Source: a virus
Lineage: Duplodnaviria; Caudoviricetes
DNA length: 61,699 bases
IMG/VR virus record: IMGVR_UViG_3300020141_000500
Location: 1 to 61,699 of that record
Strand: one strand, 5' to 3'
Shown here: positions 28,392 to 39,758 of the stretch, piece by piece
How the letters are laid out: each line of letters starts with the position of its first letter
Numbering within the stretch: position 1 is the stretch's first letter
The notes under the pieces: model-generated
What the model saw: the letters and a program-made list of their open reading frames with translations, nothing else
Databases searched by the model: none
Told to the model about the DNA's origin: nothing
Made by a program: the position numbers and the translations under genes

Positions 28392-29738
28392 ATGCATTAC
28401 TTTTTATATCCAACTAAAGACACTACCATCAGCAACGATCCGTCATATATGTTCAAGAACATGGGGTTGGATGAAATTCTTGAAGTAGAAAAGAAGATTT
28501 CCGTCAATAGTTGTTCAAGCACATCTACGTTTCCTATACTTATTTCTTACACCAGTTCTAGCATAGGACTTTTGAGTGGATCTATGTCTGCTTCTTATGC
28601 ATCAGGATCAACAGACTCAAGTATAGTGTCCAGCTCTTATCGACTTGTGTCTGGAGCGGTCACAGCGGGATCGGTTTTATCAAGGGCATTATTGAACTTT
28701 GATTTGACCGAGATATCAAAATCAATTTCATCCAACGATGAATACAGACCAGTAAATCCAAAGTTTTATTTAAACTTGAAAGTGTGTGAGTCCGAAGAAG
28801 TTCCGGTTAAATATACGTTGGCTGCATATCCGGTATCACAGTCTTGGGAAATGGGGACTGGATACAAGTATGATGGACAAGCTAATTCGGATGGTGCAAA
28901 TTGGAAGTTCTCTGACGGATATTCAAAGCCTTGGTATAGTGGTTCTTTGACCGATTGTTCTGGCGGAGGTGCGTGGTGGATTGAAAGTGGATCAATTGCA
29001 TACGGCGTCGGTTACGCCGATCCTCCGTATGTAACTGCGTCCGCGTATTATGCGGATTGTCACATTGCTCCATACGTTCCGCCGGTTCCAAGTCCAATTC
29101 CGCATGTAACGGGTTCGTATACTTGTTATCAAAATTTTGATTATCAAACTTCGGACGTAAGAATGGATGTTACCACGATAGTAAATGCTTGGTTAACGGG
29201 AGAAATCCGAAACAATGGTTTGATATTAATGCACAGCGATGAGTCCAGTTCAATAGATTATGGTAAATTGCGTTTTTTCTCAAAAGAAACCAACACTGTA
29301 TATTCTCCGTGTATTGATATGGCATGGGAAGACGCAACGATTGCTACCGGCAGTGCCGACCCAATTCAAATTCGCGATGCTGTTGTTAACATGAAAAACA
29401 TGTCAAAAGAATATAAGTTTGGATCTATATTAAGAATGGATGTATCAGCAAGAAAACGTTATCCAGTCAAAACATTCACAAATAAATTTTCTGATTATCT
29501 GGCTCCATATTATCTTCCAACGGGCAGTTTTTATTCTATAAAAGACGCAGAAAGTGAAGAAACCGTGATGCCATACGACAAATATACCAGATTGAGTTTT
29601 GATGGAAATGGAAATTATTTTATGTTGGACACAACTTGCCTTCCTCAAGAAAGATATTTCAAAGTGGAAATTCGTTCGGAGCAAAGCGGTTCTATAGTGA
29701 CATTCACCGTTCCAACCGCATTCAAAATTTCTAGATGA
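28392..29738 (+). CDS. putative virion structural protein
   Basis: In the baseplate block; SRALLNFD...VSQSWEMGTG...NNGLIL...FFSKET pattern (DNRLRE-like); late motif at 28365. Confidence 0.6.
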   Translation: MHYFLYPTKDTTISNDPSYMFKNMGLDEILEVEKKISVNSCSSTSTFPILISYTSSSIGLLSGSMSASYASGSTDSSIVSSSYRLVSGAVTAGSVLSRALLNFDLTEISKSISSNDEYRPVNPKFYLNLKVCESEEVPVKYTLAAYPVSQSWEMGTGYKYDGQANSDGANWKFSDGYSKPWYSGSLTDCSGGGAWWIESGSIAYGVGYADPPYVTASAYYADCHIAPYVPPVPSPIPHVTGSYTCYQNFDYQTSDVRMDVTTIVNAWLTGEIRNNGLILMHSDESSSIDYGKLRFFSKETNTVYSPCIDMAWEDATIATGSADPIQIRDAVVNMKNMSKEYKFGSILRMDVSARKRYPVKTFTNKFSDYLAPYYLPTGSFYSIKDAESEETVMPYDKYTRLSFDGNGNYFMLDTTCLPQERYFKVEIRSEQSGSIVTFTVPTAFKISR

Positions 29739-29956
29739 ACGCAAATCCAAATCTAACAGGTTATAATCAAGATGACGTACAGAAGCTATATCAAAGCGGG
29801 TCTATTGTACCAAACATTGATTCATATGGCAATTTGATCATACAAAACGTACAAGGTCAGCTATATTCATCTTCGATAACTATTCCTTTACAGAACGTAG
29901 TATATAATCCAACCAAGGTACAGACAAGATACAACGTACAATTTACAGAGCTATGA
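29735..29956 (+). CDS. small hypothetical protein, 73 aa
   Basis: ATGA overlaps with both neighbours. Confidence 0.75.
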   Translation: MNANPNLTGYNQDDVQKLYQSGSIVPNIDSYGNLIIQNVQGQLYSSSITIPLQNVVYNPTKVQTRYNVQFTEL

Positions 29957-32900
29957 AATTTTCTGATATAAAATATATAACACAATCCACATCTTCTTTG
30001 AACGTAGGTTCAACTTTGTATGAACCCGACTTGATGTTTTATACTGACGGAAATACTTCAGTAAATTTTCCATTTGGATACTCGGACAAAGATATTGTAA
30101 AATTGGGAGTATATAATCTTGACGGAACTCCTATCACATCGTCTGTAATATATGGTACCGGAACTTATATAGAACACACTCGTTCATTTCGAGATGTTCT
30201 AAACAAGAACATCACATATTCATATTCTTCGTTTCAAAGTGATTGGCCATTGTTGCAATCTGAAACAAAGTCATTGTTTTTGGACGTTGCTAAAGAATTC
30301 AAGAAAATGGCAATTCTTGACGGCAACTACACTACCACGATTGAATTGAACAGAAACATGGTTGGTTCAAATTTCTCGTCCGAAGACAAACTAATAATTG
30401 ACAAAATTTCCACATTAAGAGATGAAATTTCAGTTATTCCAAAATCTCTGGTTGGTGTAGATTCTCAAATAAATTCAGAATATACAATATATCGCAACAA
30501 CCAGACACAAGTAAAAGAGGTTGCCGAAGAGTTGGTCACAAAGCTTGCATCTCCCGAAATATACTCGGCATACTATACCGCAGTTTCTCAAGACAAAACA
30601 GGATCTGAATATTTCAAGTATTACTACGGGTTCACAAACAGAGAAAATGAAACTAATAATGACGTTGATGTAATATCGTTCATCACAGACATGTATTACG
30701 GTGTTAAAAAAGGAAACTTAAAAAATGGTGGAGACATTGCCACCAATGACATACTTGGTGTATATGACCAATTCAAAAATTGGTTATATCAAAATTATGA
30801 AGCGGGTGCATTGTTTCAGGATTTTCGCGACTATTACTATAGTTTGTTTAAGTTTGTTGCGGACCAAGAACTGAATAGAATAACAAACAAAAAACCGGCG
30901 GAATATGAAGCAATTATCAGTTTCTTGCAAAAAATTTATTACAATATTATTTTTTATCCGGTAATATATTTAATAGAGTACAAATATGATGTAGATTTGT
31001 CCGGTTACTTCAAGCATTATGTGAACTTTGATTCTGGTTTGAGTGTATCGGTAATCAACAAACGTTCACAAGCAGCAATTGCCGAAAACTATTGGGATAA
31101 GTTGCTACTGAAACTTGATAGTCCTCTTCCGTTGGGAATTGAAGTTGGTGACGAATTGTGGATTAGTAATAGCTTTGGCTTCTTACCAATTGTTCAAAAT
31201 GTATACTACTTTACCAAACCGTATGCAAACATCATTCGTTTGAAGGGTCCAAACTTCTTGGTCAGGGTGGAAAATCAAGGAAACTCTACCGAAACACTTT
31301 CTATGGACCAGTTGGTAAATCAAACAGGTAGCGCGTTTGATGACATTGTATCAAAAATAACTGCACCGGCTGATGGTATAGTAGACAACACCAATTATAG
31401 AAAATTTGAAAATTTTGTAAATTTTTCTTCGGCCAATTTGAGAATGGAGGCATTTGACATCAAAGCGGCACAAATAGAAGAACAAAATAAAGTACTTGAT
31501 GATTTGACCAATTACATCAGCAGCAATTCTACGCAAAGACCGGAACCTCCGGATATTGCAATATTTTTTACGTCAAGTCAAGACGCCAATACCTATAATA
31601 CTGTAGATAAATATCATTATAGCCAACTAAACAAGGCTAACCAAGAAATAACAAGGATAGAAGTTAGTATGGATGGATATGAAAAGTTCTTGTATAATAA
31701 TCCCACGTGGTATCAACAACACGCCGCATCGGCTTCAATATATGATCGCGAAAATAGAAATTCTTTAATTAACAATCTTCCACAATTCATGGTTGAAGAA
31801 TCGGATGCCAACATTGATTATATAAAATTTGTTGGCATGGTTGGTCATTTCTTTGATAATATGTCATTGACCATCAAACAAATTACTGAGAAAAACAATT
31901 ATTCCAATAGTTCAAATTATGGTATTTCCGTGGACATTGTTGAAGACATGTTGGCATCGCTTGGATGGGAAGCTGAGATTTCCAAAGAAAATCTACCGTT
32001 ATTATTGTCGTCATTTAATCAAAATGATTTTGATATTGGTACCGAGTTGTATAATCAAACTAGACAACTGTCCGAAGAACAGCGGAATCAAATCATCTGG
32101 AAGCGTATTCTCAACACCCTGCCTTATATCTACAAGACCAAAGGTACAGAAGCTTCGTTATCATCATTGTTGAGTTGTTTTGGAATACCAAAGAATATCA
32201 TAAAAATAAAAGAGTATGGTGGAATTCATAATATACATAATCTGCAAGATACTTCTGAGTATGTGATAGACGAAGTAAAATATGAACCATATTTTGGTGG
32301 AAATTCGGAATATTTTAAGGTCAACTGGACTGGAAGTGCTCAAACATTGGAATTCAACTTTGCGTTTGACAAAACCAACACAAGTGAGGAAGGACATGTA
32401 TTCAGATTGGCTGAATGTCCAGGTAGTTGGTTATTGGGTGTATATAGAGACAAAGGATTGGATTGGGGAAAACTGTTCTTTAGCTTGGACGATGGTTCCG
32501 GTAGCGTGAAGACTATCATGACCAACAAGGCACCGATGTTTGATGGCAATACCTATCACGCCATGCTTCGCCGCCATGATGCATCTCAAGAATTTTCCGT
32601 TTACAATTTCACTCCGTCGCAAATAGATCAATACCCAATCAAGTATGATGTACAACTGCAACGAGCTGAGGATTCCAGAATAACATTCTTCGCGACGGCA
32701 AGCCAATATTTGAGTGGAAGTTGTAATACACAATTCCGTTCTGGTTCACATGTTTATATTGGTAACTATAACCAGAACACCGCTTCATTAAATGTTGATC
32801 CAGAAGCATTCTTTGGAAACATTGATGAAATAAAAATTTGGGAATCTCCTATCAGCGATTCTGTTTTTGAAAATCACACATTGCATCAGAATGCATATGA

Positions 32901-34653
32901 TATGAATTCACCTACGGATATGATTTCTGACAATCTAATCAGAATATCGTTTGAACGTCCATTGGAATTACATGCACCTTCAAATTCCACCACCTTAAAC
33001 AATTTGTCTTTCCGTAGTGATTTTCCGACGTTTGATGCAGTAAACTTCCCAGAAAATAATATTCCTATAAAGCAAGAAACCGAATGCGATCCTACAAATG
33101 GACCTGGATTTCCGTGGCAGTTTACTCGCAAGGATTCAAGACAGACCATAAAATTACCTGACTATGGTGCCGGTAAGTTCGGAAGCAATAAAATCAATTA
33201 TGTTGAACAAGAGTTGATATCAAGCTTGTCTTCGACCGAACGCTCGTCCCTGCAATCAAGCGAACTTGTTGGCGTGGGATCTAATAGACTTGGTATATTC
33301 TTTTCTCCTTCCGAAATTCAAAACACAGAAATAATCAAGTTCTTTGGAAATTATCCGTTATCTGAACTAATTGGAGACCCCTCATATGTGTATGCAAGTT
33401 CATATACTCGATTTGAAAAGTTTAGGCAAATATTCTATGACCAAGGATTTGGTGCAATAGACTATCAGCTGTTTATGAACGTTGTAAGATTCTATTTTGA
33501 TAAGGCAATGTTCAAATATATCAAGTCGGTTGTTCCAGCCAGAGCCAACCTCGTTGATGGTATTTTGATTGAACCGTCAATTTTGGAGCGTCCAAAGATT
33601 CAGTTGAAGCCAATGGTTCAAGAAACCATTCAACAAAAAGAATCGCACATAGAAGTTAATCGCGGAATTGCCGGAACGCAAATTCATAAATTGGAAGATA
33701 CTTTGGTGACAAAAAATAAAGGAACATCAATTTTAAGTGATGTAAATCAAATATTTTTTCCAACCGATGAAGACCGGTACGGATTTGGAGTATATTCAGA
33801 CAATGGAGTTACATATTACAACGGAGAATATTATCGCGCAGATGTAATCAAAGTCAAGAAGCAGTATCAAGTATACAACAAATACAATTTACCATCGTCT
33901 TCATTCAATGACCGTGAGATAAATGTCAATTTAAATGGAACTGTTCAAACAATGTCGTCTTCTTATTACAAAATTAATATGGCAAAATTGCCAGAATTAA
34001 CTTCATATATCACGACAATTTCCTATGAAGATATATACTACAGCGGAAGCGTCAGCTTTGTTCCATCTTCAATTGGGTCGCCAACATCTTTCACTACATC
34101 ATCAGCACATTCATTAAATGGCACAATATTATCCGGTTCTGTGTGGGGATCGACAGGAAATGGTGTAATATCATCAACCGGCATTTCTATAACTGCTGAT
34201 TATGTTTCATCATATCCTATGATTTATACCGGAACTTTTACATATTCTGGTGGAATATATCATTTTGTTGGAAGTATATTTGGCGGAGTTCCGGCCACAT
34301 TGAATCTTGCAAAATATAATACCACATTTTTGTCATCTGGGACTGGTCCCGTCACCGACGACTTCAAATATAGAACATCGGGCACATTCTTCGGTTCTTT
34401 GTCTTCTGGTATTGATTATAAAAAAGCACTATCTATGGAATATTACCCCCAGAACGCTGAATTGCTGAATGGGTATTTTAACAATCACCATAAATACGGC
34501 AAACGACAGTTTTCTTTAAAGGAAATAAACTCATACGACAATGTAAAAGTCCGTTTTAAATGGAAAAAGCACAGTCAAAATAAAAAAACTACTGTTGATG
34601 TAAATACGGGCTTGTTGAATAACTCTGAGCCAATTGAAACAAAAACGGTTTAA
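29953..34653 (+). CDS. large baseplate protein (gp7/P2 gpI-like core plus LamG-like domain)
   Basis: LINNLPQF and ILNTLPYIYKTKGTEASL..LL..FG motifs; FFGNIDEIKIWE LamG-like end. Confidence 0.7.
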   Translation: MKFSDIKYITQSTSSLNVGSTLYEPDLMFYTDGNTSVNFPFGYSDKDIVKLGVYNLDGTPITSSVIYGTGTYIEHTRSFRDVLNKNITYSYSSFQSDWPLLQSETKSLFLDVAKEFKKMAILDGNYTTTIELNRNMVGSNFSSEDKLIIDKISTLRDEISVIPKSLVGVDSQINSEYTIYRNNQTQVKEVAEELVTKLASPEIYSAYYTAVSQDKTGSEYFKYYYGFTNRENETNNDVDVISFITDMYYGVKKGNLKNGGDIATNDILGVYDQFKNWLYQNYEAGALFQDFRDYYYSLFKFVADQELNRITNKKPAEYEAIISFLQKIYYNIIFYPVIYLIEYKYDVDLSGYFKHYVNFDSGLSVSVINKRSQAAIAENYWDKLLLKLDSPLPLGIEVGDELWISNSFGFLPIVQNVYYFTKPYANIIRLKGPNFLVRVENQGNSTETLSMDQLVNQTGSAFDDIVSKITAPADGIVDNTNYRKFENFVNFSSANLRMEAFDIKAAQIEEQNKVLDDLTNYISSNSTQRPEPPDIAIFFTSSQDANTYNTVDKYHYSQLNKANQEITRIEVSMDGYEKFLYNNPTWYQQHAASASIYDRENRNSLINNLPQFMVEESDANIDYIKFVGMVGHFFDNMSLTIKQITEKNNYSNSSNYGISVDIVEDMLASLGWEAEISKENLPLLLSSFNQNDFDIGTELYNQTRQLSEEQRNQIIWKRILNTLPYIYKTKGTEASLSSLLSCFGIPKNIIKIKEYGGIHNIHNLQDTSEYVIDEVKYEPYFGGNSEYFKVNWTGSAQTLEFNFAFDKTNTSEEGHVFRLAECPGSWLLGVYRDKGLDWGKLFFSLDDGSGSVKTIMTNKAPMFDGNTYHAMLRRHDASQEFSVYNFTPSQIDQYPIKYDVQLQRAEDSRITFFATASQYLSGSCNTQFRSGSHVYIGNYNQNTASLNVDPEAFFGNIDEIKIWESPISDSVFENHTLHQNAYDMNSPTDMISDNLIRISFERPLELHAPSNSTTLNNLSFRSDFPTFDAVNFPENNIPIKQETECDPTNGPGFPWQFTRKDSRQTIKLPDYGAGKFGSNKINYVEQELISSLSSTERSSLQSSELVGVGSNRLGIFFSPSEIQNTEIIKFFGNYPLSELIGDPSYVYASSYTRFEKFRQIFYDQGFGAIDYQLFMNVVRFYFDKAMFKYIKSVVPARANLVDGILIEPSILERPKIQLKPMVQETIQQKESHIEVNRGIAGTQIHKLEDTLVTKNKGTSILSDVNQIFFPTDEDRYGFGVYSDNGVTYYNGEYYRADVIKVKKQYQVYNKYNLPSSSFNDREINVNLNGTVQTMSSSYYKINMAKLPELTSYITTISYEDIYYSGSVSFVPSSIGSPTSFTTSSAHSLNGTILSGSVWGSTGNGVISSTGISITADYVSSYPMIYTGTFTYSGGIYHFVGSIFGGVPATLNLAKYNTTFLSSGTGPVTDDFKYRTSGTFFGSLSSGIDYKKALSMEYYPQNAELLNGYFNNHHKYGKRQFSLKEINSYDNVKVRFKWKKHSQNKKTTVDVNTGLLNNSEPIETKTV

Positions 34654-34703
34654 AAATAGTAAAAAAGTAATCAGATATATATTTATTGAGAAAGTAACAC
34701 TAT

Positions 34704-35345
34704 ATGGCGTATATCAATAATGAAATAATAACAGTGGATGCGGTCTTGACAAAGAAGGGTAGAGAGCTACTTGCGGCAAATGGCGGATTGAATATCAAGT
34801 CATATGCCTTGGCTGACGACGAAATTGATTATCGTCTGTATCAACCAAATCATCCACAAGGTTCAGCCTACTATGATTTGGCTATTCGCAACACACCGGT
34901 ATTTGAAGCATTCACCGACGAAACTCAGTTGCTAAAATACAAGCTTGTTACTCTGCCTTCCGGAGTCACTTCTATCCCAGTCATTTCTCTTGGACAAAGT
35001 GCGATTTATGTAGACAAGGACTATAAGGGTGAAGTGATCATTGTTCCGTCTACCAACCCCGTTTACAACACAACTCTTGGTTATACAGCAATTTTGTCCA
35101 ACAAGTCGGCTGGCACAATAATTGGCGAACAACTTCAGAATGTTACAAATGCAACGATCCCAACTTTTATTGGAGATGTTTCTTCAACAACTGCTCAAGT
35201 TAGCCTCGGTCTTCGTTTCCGTTTTGTTCCAAACTCAGCATTGACACAAACCTTGAGTGCAACGCTCACGGTGGTTGGAAATGAAAGTGGTGGATCGGTA
35301 ACAATACCAGTTAATGTGAATGTAAAGGGAACTACAACCTCTTAA
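34704..35345 (+). CDS. putative baseplate/tail structural protein
   Basis: DAVLTKKGRELLA...YALADDEIDY; late motif at 34679. Confidence 0.6.
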   Translation: MAYINNEIITVDAVLTKKGRELLAANGGLNIKSYALADDEIDYRLYQPNHPQGSAYYDLAIRNTPVFEAFTDETQLLKYKLVTLPSGVTSIPVISLGQSAIYVDKDYKGEVIIVPSTNPVYNTTLGYTAILSNKSAGTIIGEQLQNVTNATIPTFIGDVSSTTAQVSLGLRFRFVPNSALTQTLSATLTVVGNESGGSVTIPVNVNVKGTTTS

Positions 35346-35355
35346 TTTTACCACA

Positions 35356-36495
35356 ATGATTTTCAAACAATTTGATTCAACGGACATAGTAGCGGGAAGA
35401 ACTCAACCAGTTTCCACTGGATTGTGGAGTGACGGTGAAGCGATATGGGGAAGTGGTTCCGTATCTGTGGGTTCGTCATTTTACACCAGCAGCCGTCAAA
35501 CCCAACAATCTTCTTCATTGTTTGAGCCATTGAATGGTCTTTACTATACCAATGTTTATGATGCTCCAACCGGATCATTAAATTCTGATATTTATTTTTC
35601 AATTGCATATGGTCATTATGCGGGGTCGGGTTCTTCTACTTTCGACACAAATTCTTCGCAAGGAAGTTTGTTGTTTCCAACCAAGGCAATATACAATCAG
35701 TACAGAAATTTGTTGCTGTCACCTGGTGACGACAAGTTCACGTTTAAATCTTCTTCACTCACCGATCCGAAACCAGACGCGAATGATATATATGCAATTT
35801 CTTTTAGAAATGCTAAGTACAAAGACAGATTAGATCCCGGTCAATTTGAAATGACACTGAGTGGTTCTGGTGTGGGTGGTGCCGGAACCAGTATCACGAT
35901 AATTGATGACTCCAGAATTAATACAGACCCAGACGTTCAAACTGGTGGCAAGCGATACAACCTGTTACGAGGAACATTGGCTGATGGTCCTTCTGCTACA
36001 AGAAATTATGAAGCAATTGGATTGATGTATCCAGACTTGGGTATTATTATTCTAAATGCCAAGAAGATACATGAATTGATTGGTAAAGTTGATGGATACT
36101 CGTTGTACTGGACGGCTGGTGAGTGGGGATCGCAATTTGCTCGCATGACCAATGTGTTGTTTAGTTCTATAAAGAACGGTGCGGTAAATAGTGGTATGAA
36201 AGCCAGAGTAACTGAATATGTTCCTGCTCGGCACTTCTTTGTAAGAGTGAAGAATCAAGAATACAACTATAGCAACAATCCTACCTTTGTTATATCCGAG
36301 AACGACAATCCAAGTAATTCTCAAGACATTGGTAAGCTAAGATTTACCGACTTTTATACCAATCCAAAGGCGTATATCACCACGGTTGGTTTGTATAACG
36401 ACAACAACGATCTTGTCGCAGTTGCCAAGTTGAGTCAGCCGTTGCTAAAAGACTTTACCAACGAATGCCTTATAAAAATAAAAATTGATGTTTGA
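35356..36495 (+). CDS. putative baseplate/tail structural protein, paralog of 36537
   Basis: C-terminal YITTVGLYNDNNDLVAVAKLSQP motif. Confidence 0.6.
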   Translation: MIFKQFDSTDIVAGRTQPVSTGLWSDGEAIWGSGSVSVGSSFYTSSRQTQQSSSLFEPLNGLYYTNVYDAPTGSLNSDIYFSIAYGHYAGSGSSTFDTNSSQGSLLFPTKAIYNQYRNLLLSPGDDKFTFKSSSLTDPKPDANDIYAISFRNAKYKDRLDPGQFEMTLSGSGVGGAGTSITIIDDSRINTDPDVQTGGKRYNLLRGTLADGPSATRNYEAIGLMYPDLGIIILNAKKIHELIGKVDGYSLYWTAGEWGSQFARMTNVLFSSIKNGAVNSGMKARVTEYVPARHFFVRVKNQEYNYSNNPTFVISENDNPSNSQDIGKLRFTDFYTNPKAYITTVGLYNDNNDLVAVAKLSQPLLKDFTNECLIKIKIDV

Positions 36496-36536
36496 GTAAC
36501 GGGCAAATCCCAGTGTAGACAAATATTTATGTCTAT

Positions 36537-39500
36537 ATGATTAAGCAGTTTTCTGCGGGAGACATCACAGTACGGCCATTTAGCACGTTCAAGCATTGGA
36601 CATTACAAAGTATTGATTCTGCGAGCGTAAACACATATGGTGATAGTACTTATTATAATGGTAGAATAGAAGTGAATGAAGGTCTTAAACTTTCAACTCC
36701 ATTTTATCCTTCTGGTAGCATACACTATGTATCAACCAATGAACCAATAAACTCTTCTGGTAAATATGCCAGAAATATACATAGTATGACTGATGCTATG
36801 TTTTATAAGAATGCTGGCGAACCAATCAAGTTATTTGGTGTTGAAGAATATACACAAGATCCAAAAACTGGAAAAGAAGAAGTGAGAGAAATTCATGATC
36901 GTATCATTACTGCAACATTGAAACATAATGTATATGGTGAAAAAATTATACCAAATACGGTTAAACTTGTGGATGATTCTGATATTCACCAGACTCTAAA
37001 AATTCATGACGATGGTTACACCAATTTGTATGTGACAGGATCTCACTTTCCATCAACGGCGGAGATACAAGCCATAAGAGACACTCATGTATCAATTTCA
37101 CAGTGGGATACAGGCAGTGGTTTATTTTATGTAACATTTAGTAATGGTACTACGCAATATGTTGATTATGTAAATGCCAAACAATATATGGCGATGGGGC
37201 TTCAAGTAACATATGTTCCGCCAGTATCAAGTGGATCTGAGTGGGTATTAAACACAGGAAGTCACCAGGATTTATTTTTTCCCGAAAATGAACACTTTGG
37301 TGAATCTGTGAGTTGTTGGTCCAAATATGTTGCGGTTGGTTCATCTATGGATGCTTATAGTTTATCAGATGCTCGCGTTGGTCATGCGGCATTGTTCAAG
37401 TATGATGAAACTAACGGTGTTCATCGCCCAATTGCAAAGATTCATTTTCCATTTACTCAAAGTTTGACAGACACATCGTCATATTTTAAAGATTCTTTTG
37501 GAACATCTGTATGTGTGCGAGATAATTTTTTGGCGGTTGGTTCTCCAACGGGGTCTGTTTGTTCTTCAAGTATGTATCCAGGTTTTGTGTGTGTTTATGA
37601 CAGATACAAGGGTGGTGAAGATAATTGGGGAATAATTAATATTCTAAAAGGAAAAAGCAACGGCGACAGATTTGGTACTTCAGTTGCAATAGACAATGAT
37701 ATATTAGCGGTTGGTGCTACGGGTGTTAGCGGCAGTAAGGGTGCAGTATATTTGTACAGAAAGAAAAGATACATGGATTCTGAATATCCATGTCAAAATA
37801 TTGATACGGGATCTGTATGGATGCAGATTGTTACTCAAGAAGATTTTTGCAAAGAGCTACAAACAGGTTCGTATATTGCGTCACAAAGTTATACTCCAAC
37901 ATTTGTTTCTGGTAACTATACATGGGTGTATGAAACTACAATCACGTCTAGCAATCAGTCGGCTGGTGACAATTTTGGTTGGTGTGTATCTTTAGATTCA
38001 AACCGGTTGGTTGTGGGAACAAACAAAACCGGCAAAGGCTACGCGGCTGTGTTCACCTGTTCTTATCACTCAGCATCTTTATCCGCATGTCCAACTGCAT
38101 CTTGGAGCCAAAATCAACTATTCACTGCAACTTCAGATTATGGTGATTTGAATGTTGATGCACCGGAATATTCTGTTGATGTTTCTGATACTGTATCAGA
38201 TATGTTTGGTTATAGCGTAGATGTGAGCGGAAAAAATGTAATCATTGGGTGCAAAGCAGACAAGGCGTTTAAGCCATATTATGGATATACAGGAAGTGCA
38301 ATGATTCTTGGTGCGGCTTATTTATACACTTATAGATATGATGCCGATTGTTTAGCGTGGCAATATGACCTTCTGACCAAAACATTTGGAAACAGAGAAT
38401 ATTTGACCAATAATAATTTTGGACATGCTGTGTCTATTGATGGCACAATAGCGGCGGTGACATCTCTACCAGATACACTTGCAAGATCGGTGGGATATTC
38501 CGGTAGTTTATATACATTGGAAAATTATTCTTACGAATCATCCGCATCACTTGATTCTGTGTTGGGTAGAGTAACATTGTATAATTTTGATTTCACAAAT
38601 GATGCTTGGTATAGAGCTGGTGAATTGAGAAGAAACAAAGAAGAAAATCATCCATACAATATCTACGGATATTCTGTTTCTATTGCATCTGATTTTATGT
38701 GCGTTGGTGCACCAATTGTGAACACTGCATCGCTGGCATCTTATTCACAGATAATTAATCCAGTAAATCAATCTGGTTCATTTCCATCATCATATTCTGG
38801 TTCTGTGTTTGTGTATGATATGAACAAATATGAAGCTGATCCAAAGATTGGCAATGTATTTTATAAGAATGGACATTTGGTCATCACCAATACATCATCA
38901 ATGTATCATGATGTAATGACAGGAACTGGTTCTCGTGGATTTACTTTGGATTATCAAGGTGCTCATACAATATATGAACATGAATATCTTGTATCAATAA
39001 GACCGGGTGAATTTAATTATAGTACCAACCCAACTTCGTTGCAGCCAAACCCTCTTACATTTGATGTAAATCAAGATGGTGTATTCGACTATAAAGATGT
39101 TGATCTTATCATGAGATACTTGAAACTCAAGAAGTTTTATGCAGATTATGTGTTGGATGATAATGGTATTGTTTTGGAACAAGACACAAACACTGATTTT
39201 AGTTGGTGGGCAAATGATATTATTCAAACAGAAGCCGGTGATGTATTACAACAAGAGGATGATACAGCATCCAGCGTCAAATATTCATATTTGTCTGCAT
39301 TTACAAATACCGCATATATGTTTATAACAAACAATTTATATGATACTGGTTTATTGGATATTGATGGTGATGGAAAAATCAATGTGGATGATGGTTATAT
39401 ATTGGCACTATATGTGTTGAAGAGATTAAATCCAGATTCATTGGCTCAATATCTCACATCAGATTCAACTCGTAGATATGTCAAAGATATTGAAGATTAT

Positions 39501-39722
39501 CTAAATCCATATTGCGGCAACAATCCATTCAGAGTAAATCCAACATTTCTTGGTTATCAATATAGTTCATCATATGACGCAACTGGTTCATTCTTGTCAC
39601 CATGTGTTACTACGATTGGATTATATCAAGACAATCAACTTGTGGCAGTTGGTAAACTTGGCCGTCCTATAAAAAATTTAATTGATTGGCCAGTCAATAT
39701 TGTCGTCCGTTTTGATACATAA
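36537..39722 (+). CDS. structural protein with seven FG-GAP repeats and a dockerin/EF-hand-like pair
   Basis: FGESVS, FGTSVC, FGTSVA, FGWCVS, FGYSVD, FGHAVS, YGYSVS; DVNQDGVFDYKD and DIDGDGKINVDD. Confidence 0.75.
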   Translation: MIKQFSAGDITVRPFSTFKHWTLQSIDSASVNTYGDSTYYNGRIEVNEGLKLSTPFYPSGSIHYVSTNEPINSSGKYARNIHSMTDAMFYKNAGEPIKLFGVEEYTQDPKTGKEEVREIHDRIITATLKHNVYGEKIIPNTVKLVDDSDIHQTLKIHDDGYTNLYVTGSHFPSTAEIQAIRDTHVSISQWDTGSGLFYVTFSNGTTQYVDYVNAKQYMAMGLQVTYVPPVSSGSEWVLNTGSHQDLFFPENEHFGESVSCWSKYVAVGSSMDAYSLSDARVGHAALFKYDETNGVHRPIAKIHFPFTQSLTDTSSYFKDSFGTSVCVRDNFLAVGSPTGSVCSSSMYPGFVCVYDRYKGGEDNWGIINILKGKSNGDRFGTSVAIDNDILAVGATGVSGSKGAVYLYRKKRYMDSEYPCQNIDTGSVWMQIVTQEDFCKELQTGSYIASQSYTPTFVSGNYTWVYETTITSSNQSAGDNFGWCVSLDSNRLVVGTNKTGKGYAAVFTCSYHSASLSACPTASWSQNQLFTATSDYGDLNVDAPEYSVDVSDTVSDMFGYSVDVSGKNVIIGCKADKAFKPYYGYTGSAMILGAAYLYTYRYDADCLAWQYDLLTKTFGNREYLTNNNFGHAVSIDGTIAAVTSLPDTLARSVGYSGSLYTLENYSYESSASLDSVLGRVTLYNFDFTNDAWYRAGELRRNKEENHPYNIYGYSVSIASDFMCVGAPIVNTASLASYSQIINPVNQSGSFPSSYSGSVFVYDMNKYEADPKIGNVFYKNGHLVITNTSSMYHDVMTGTGSRGFTLDYQGAHTIYEHEYLVSIRPGEFNYSTNPTSLQPNPLTFDVNQDGVFDYKDVDLIMRYLKLKKFYADYVLDDNGIVLEQDTNTDFSWWANDIIQTEAGDVLQQEDDTASSVKYSYLSAFTNTAYMFITNNLYDTGLLDIDGDGKINVDDGYILALYVLKRLNPDSLAQYLTSDSTRRYVKDIEDYLNPYCGNNPFRVNPTFLGYQYSSSYDATGSFLSPCVTTIGLYQDNQLVAVGKLGRPIKNLIDWPVNIVVRFDT

Positions 39723-39758
39723 CACTATATTTATAATAAACAACAGGAAAAATTATAT

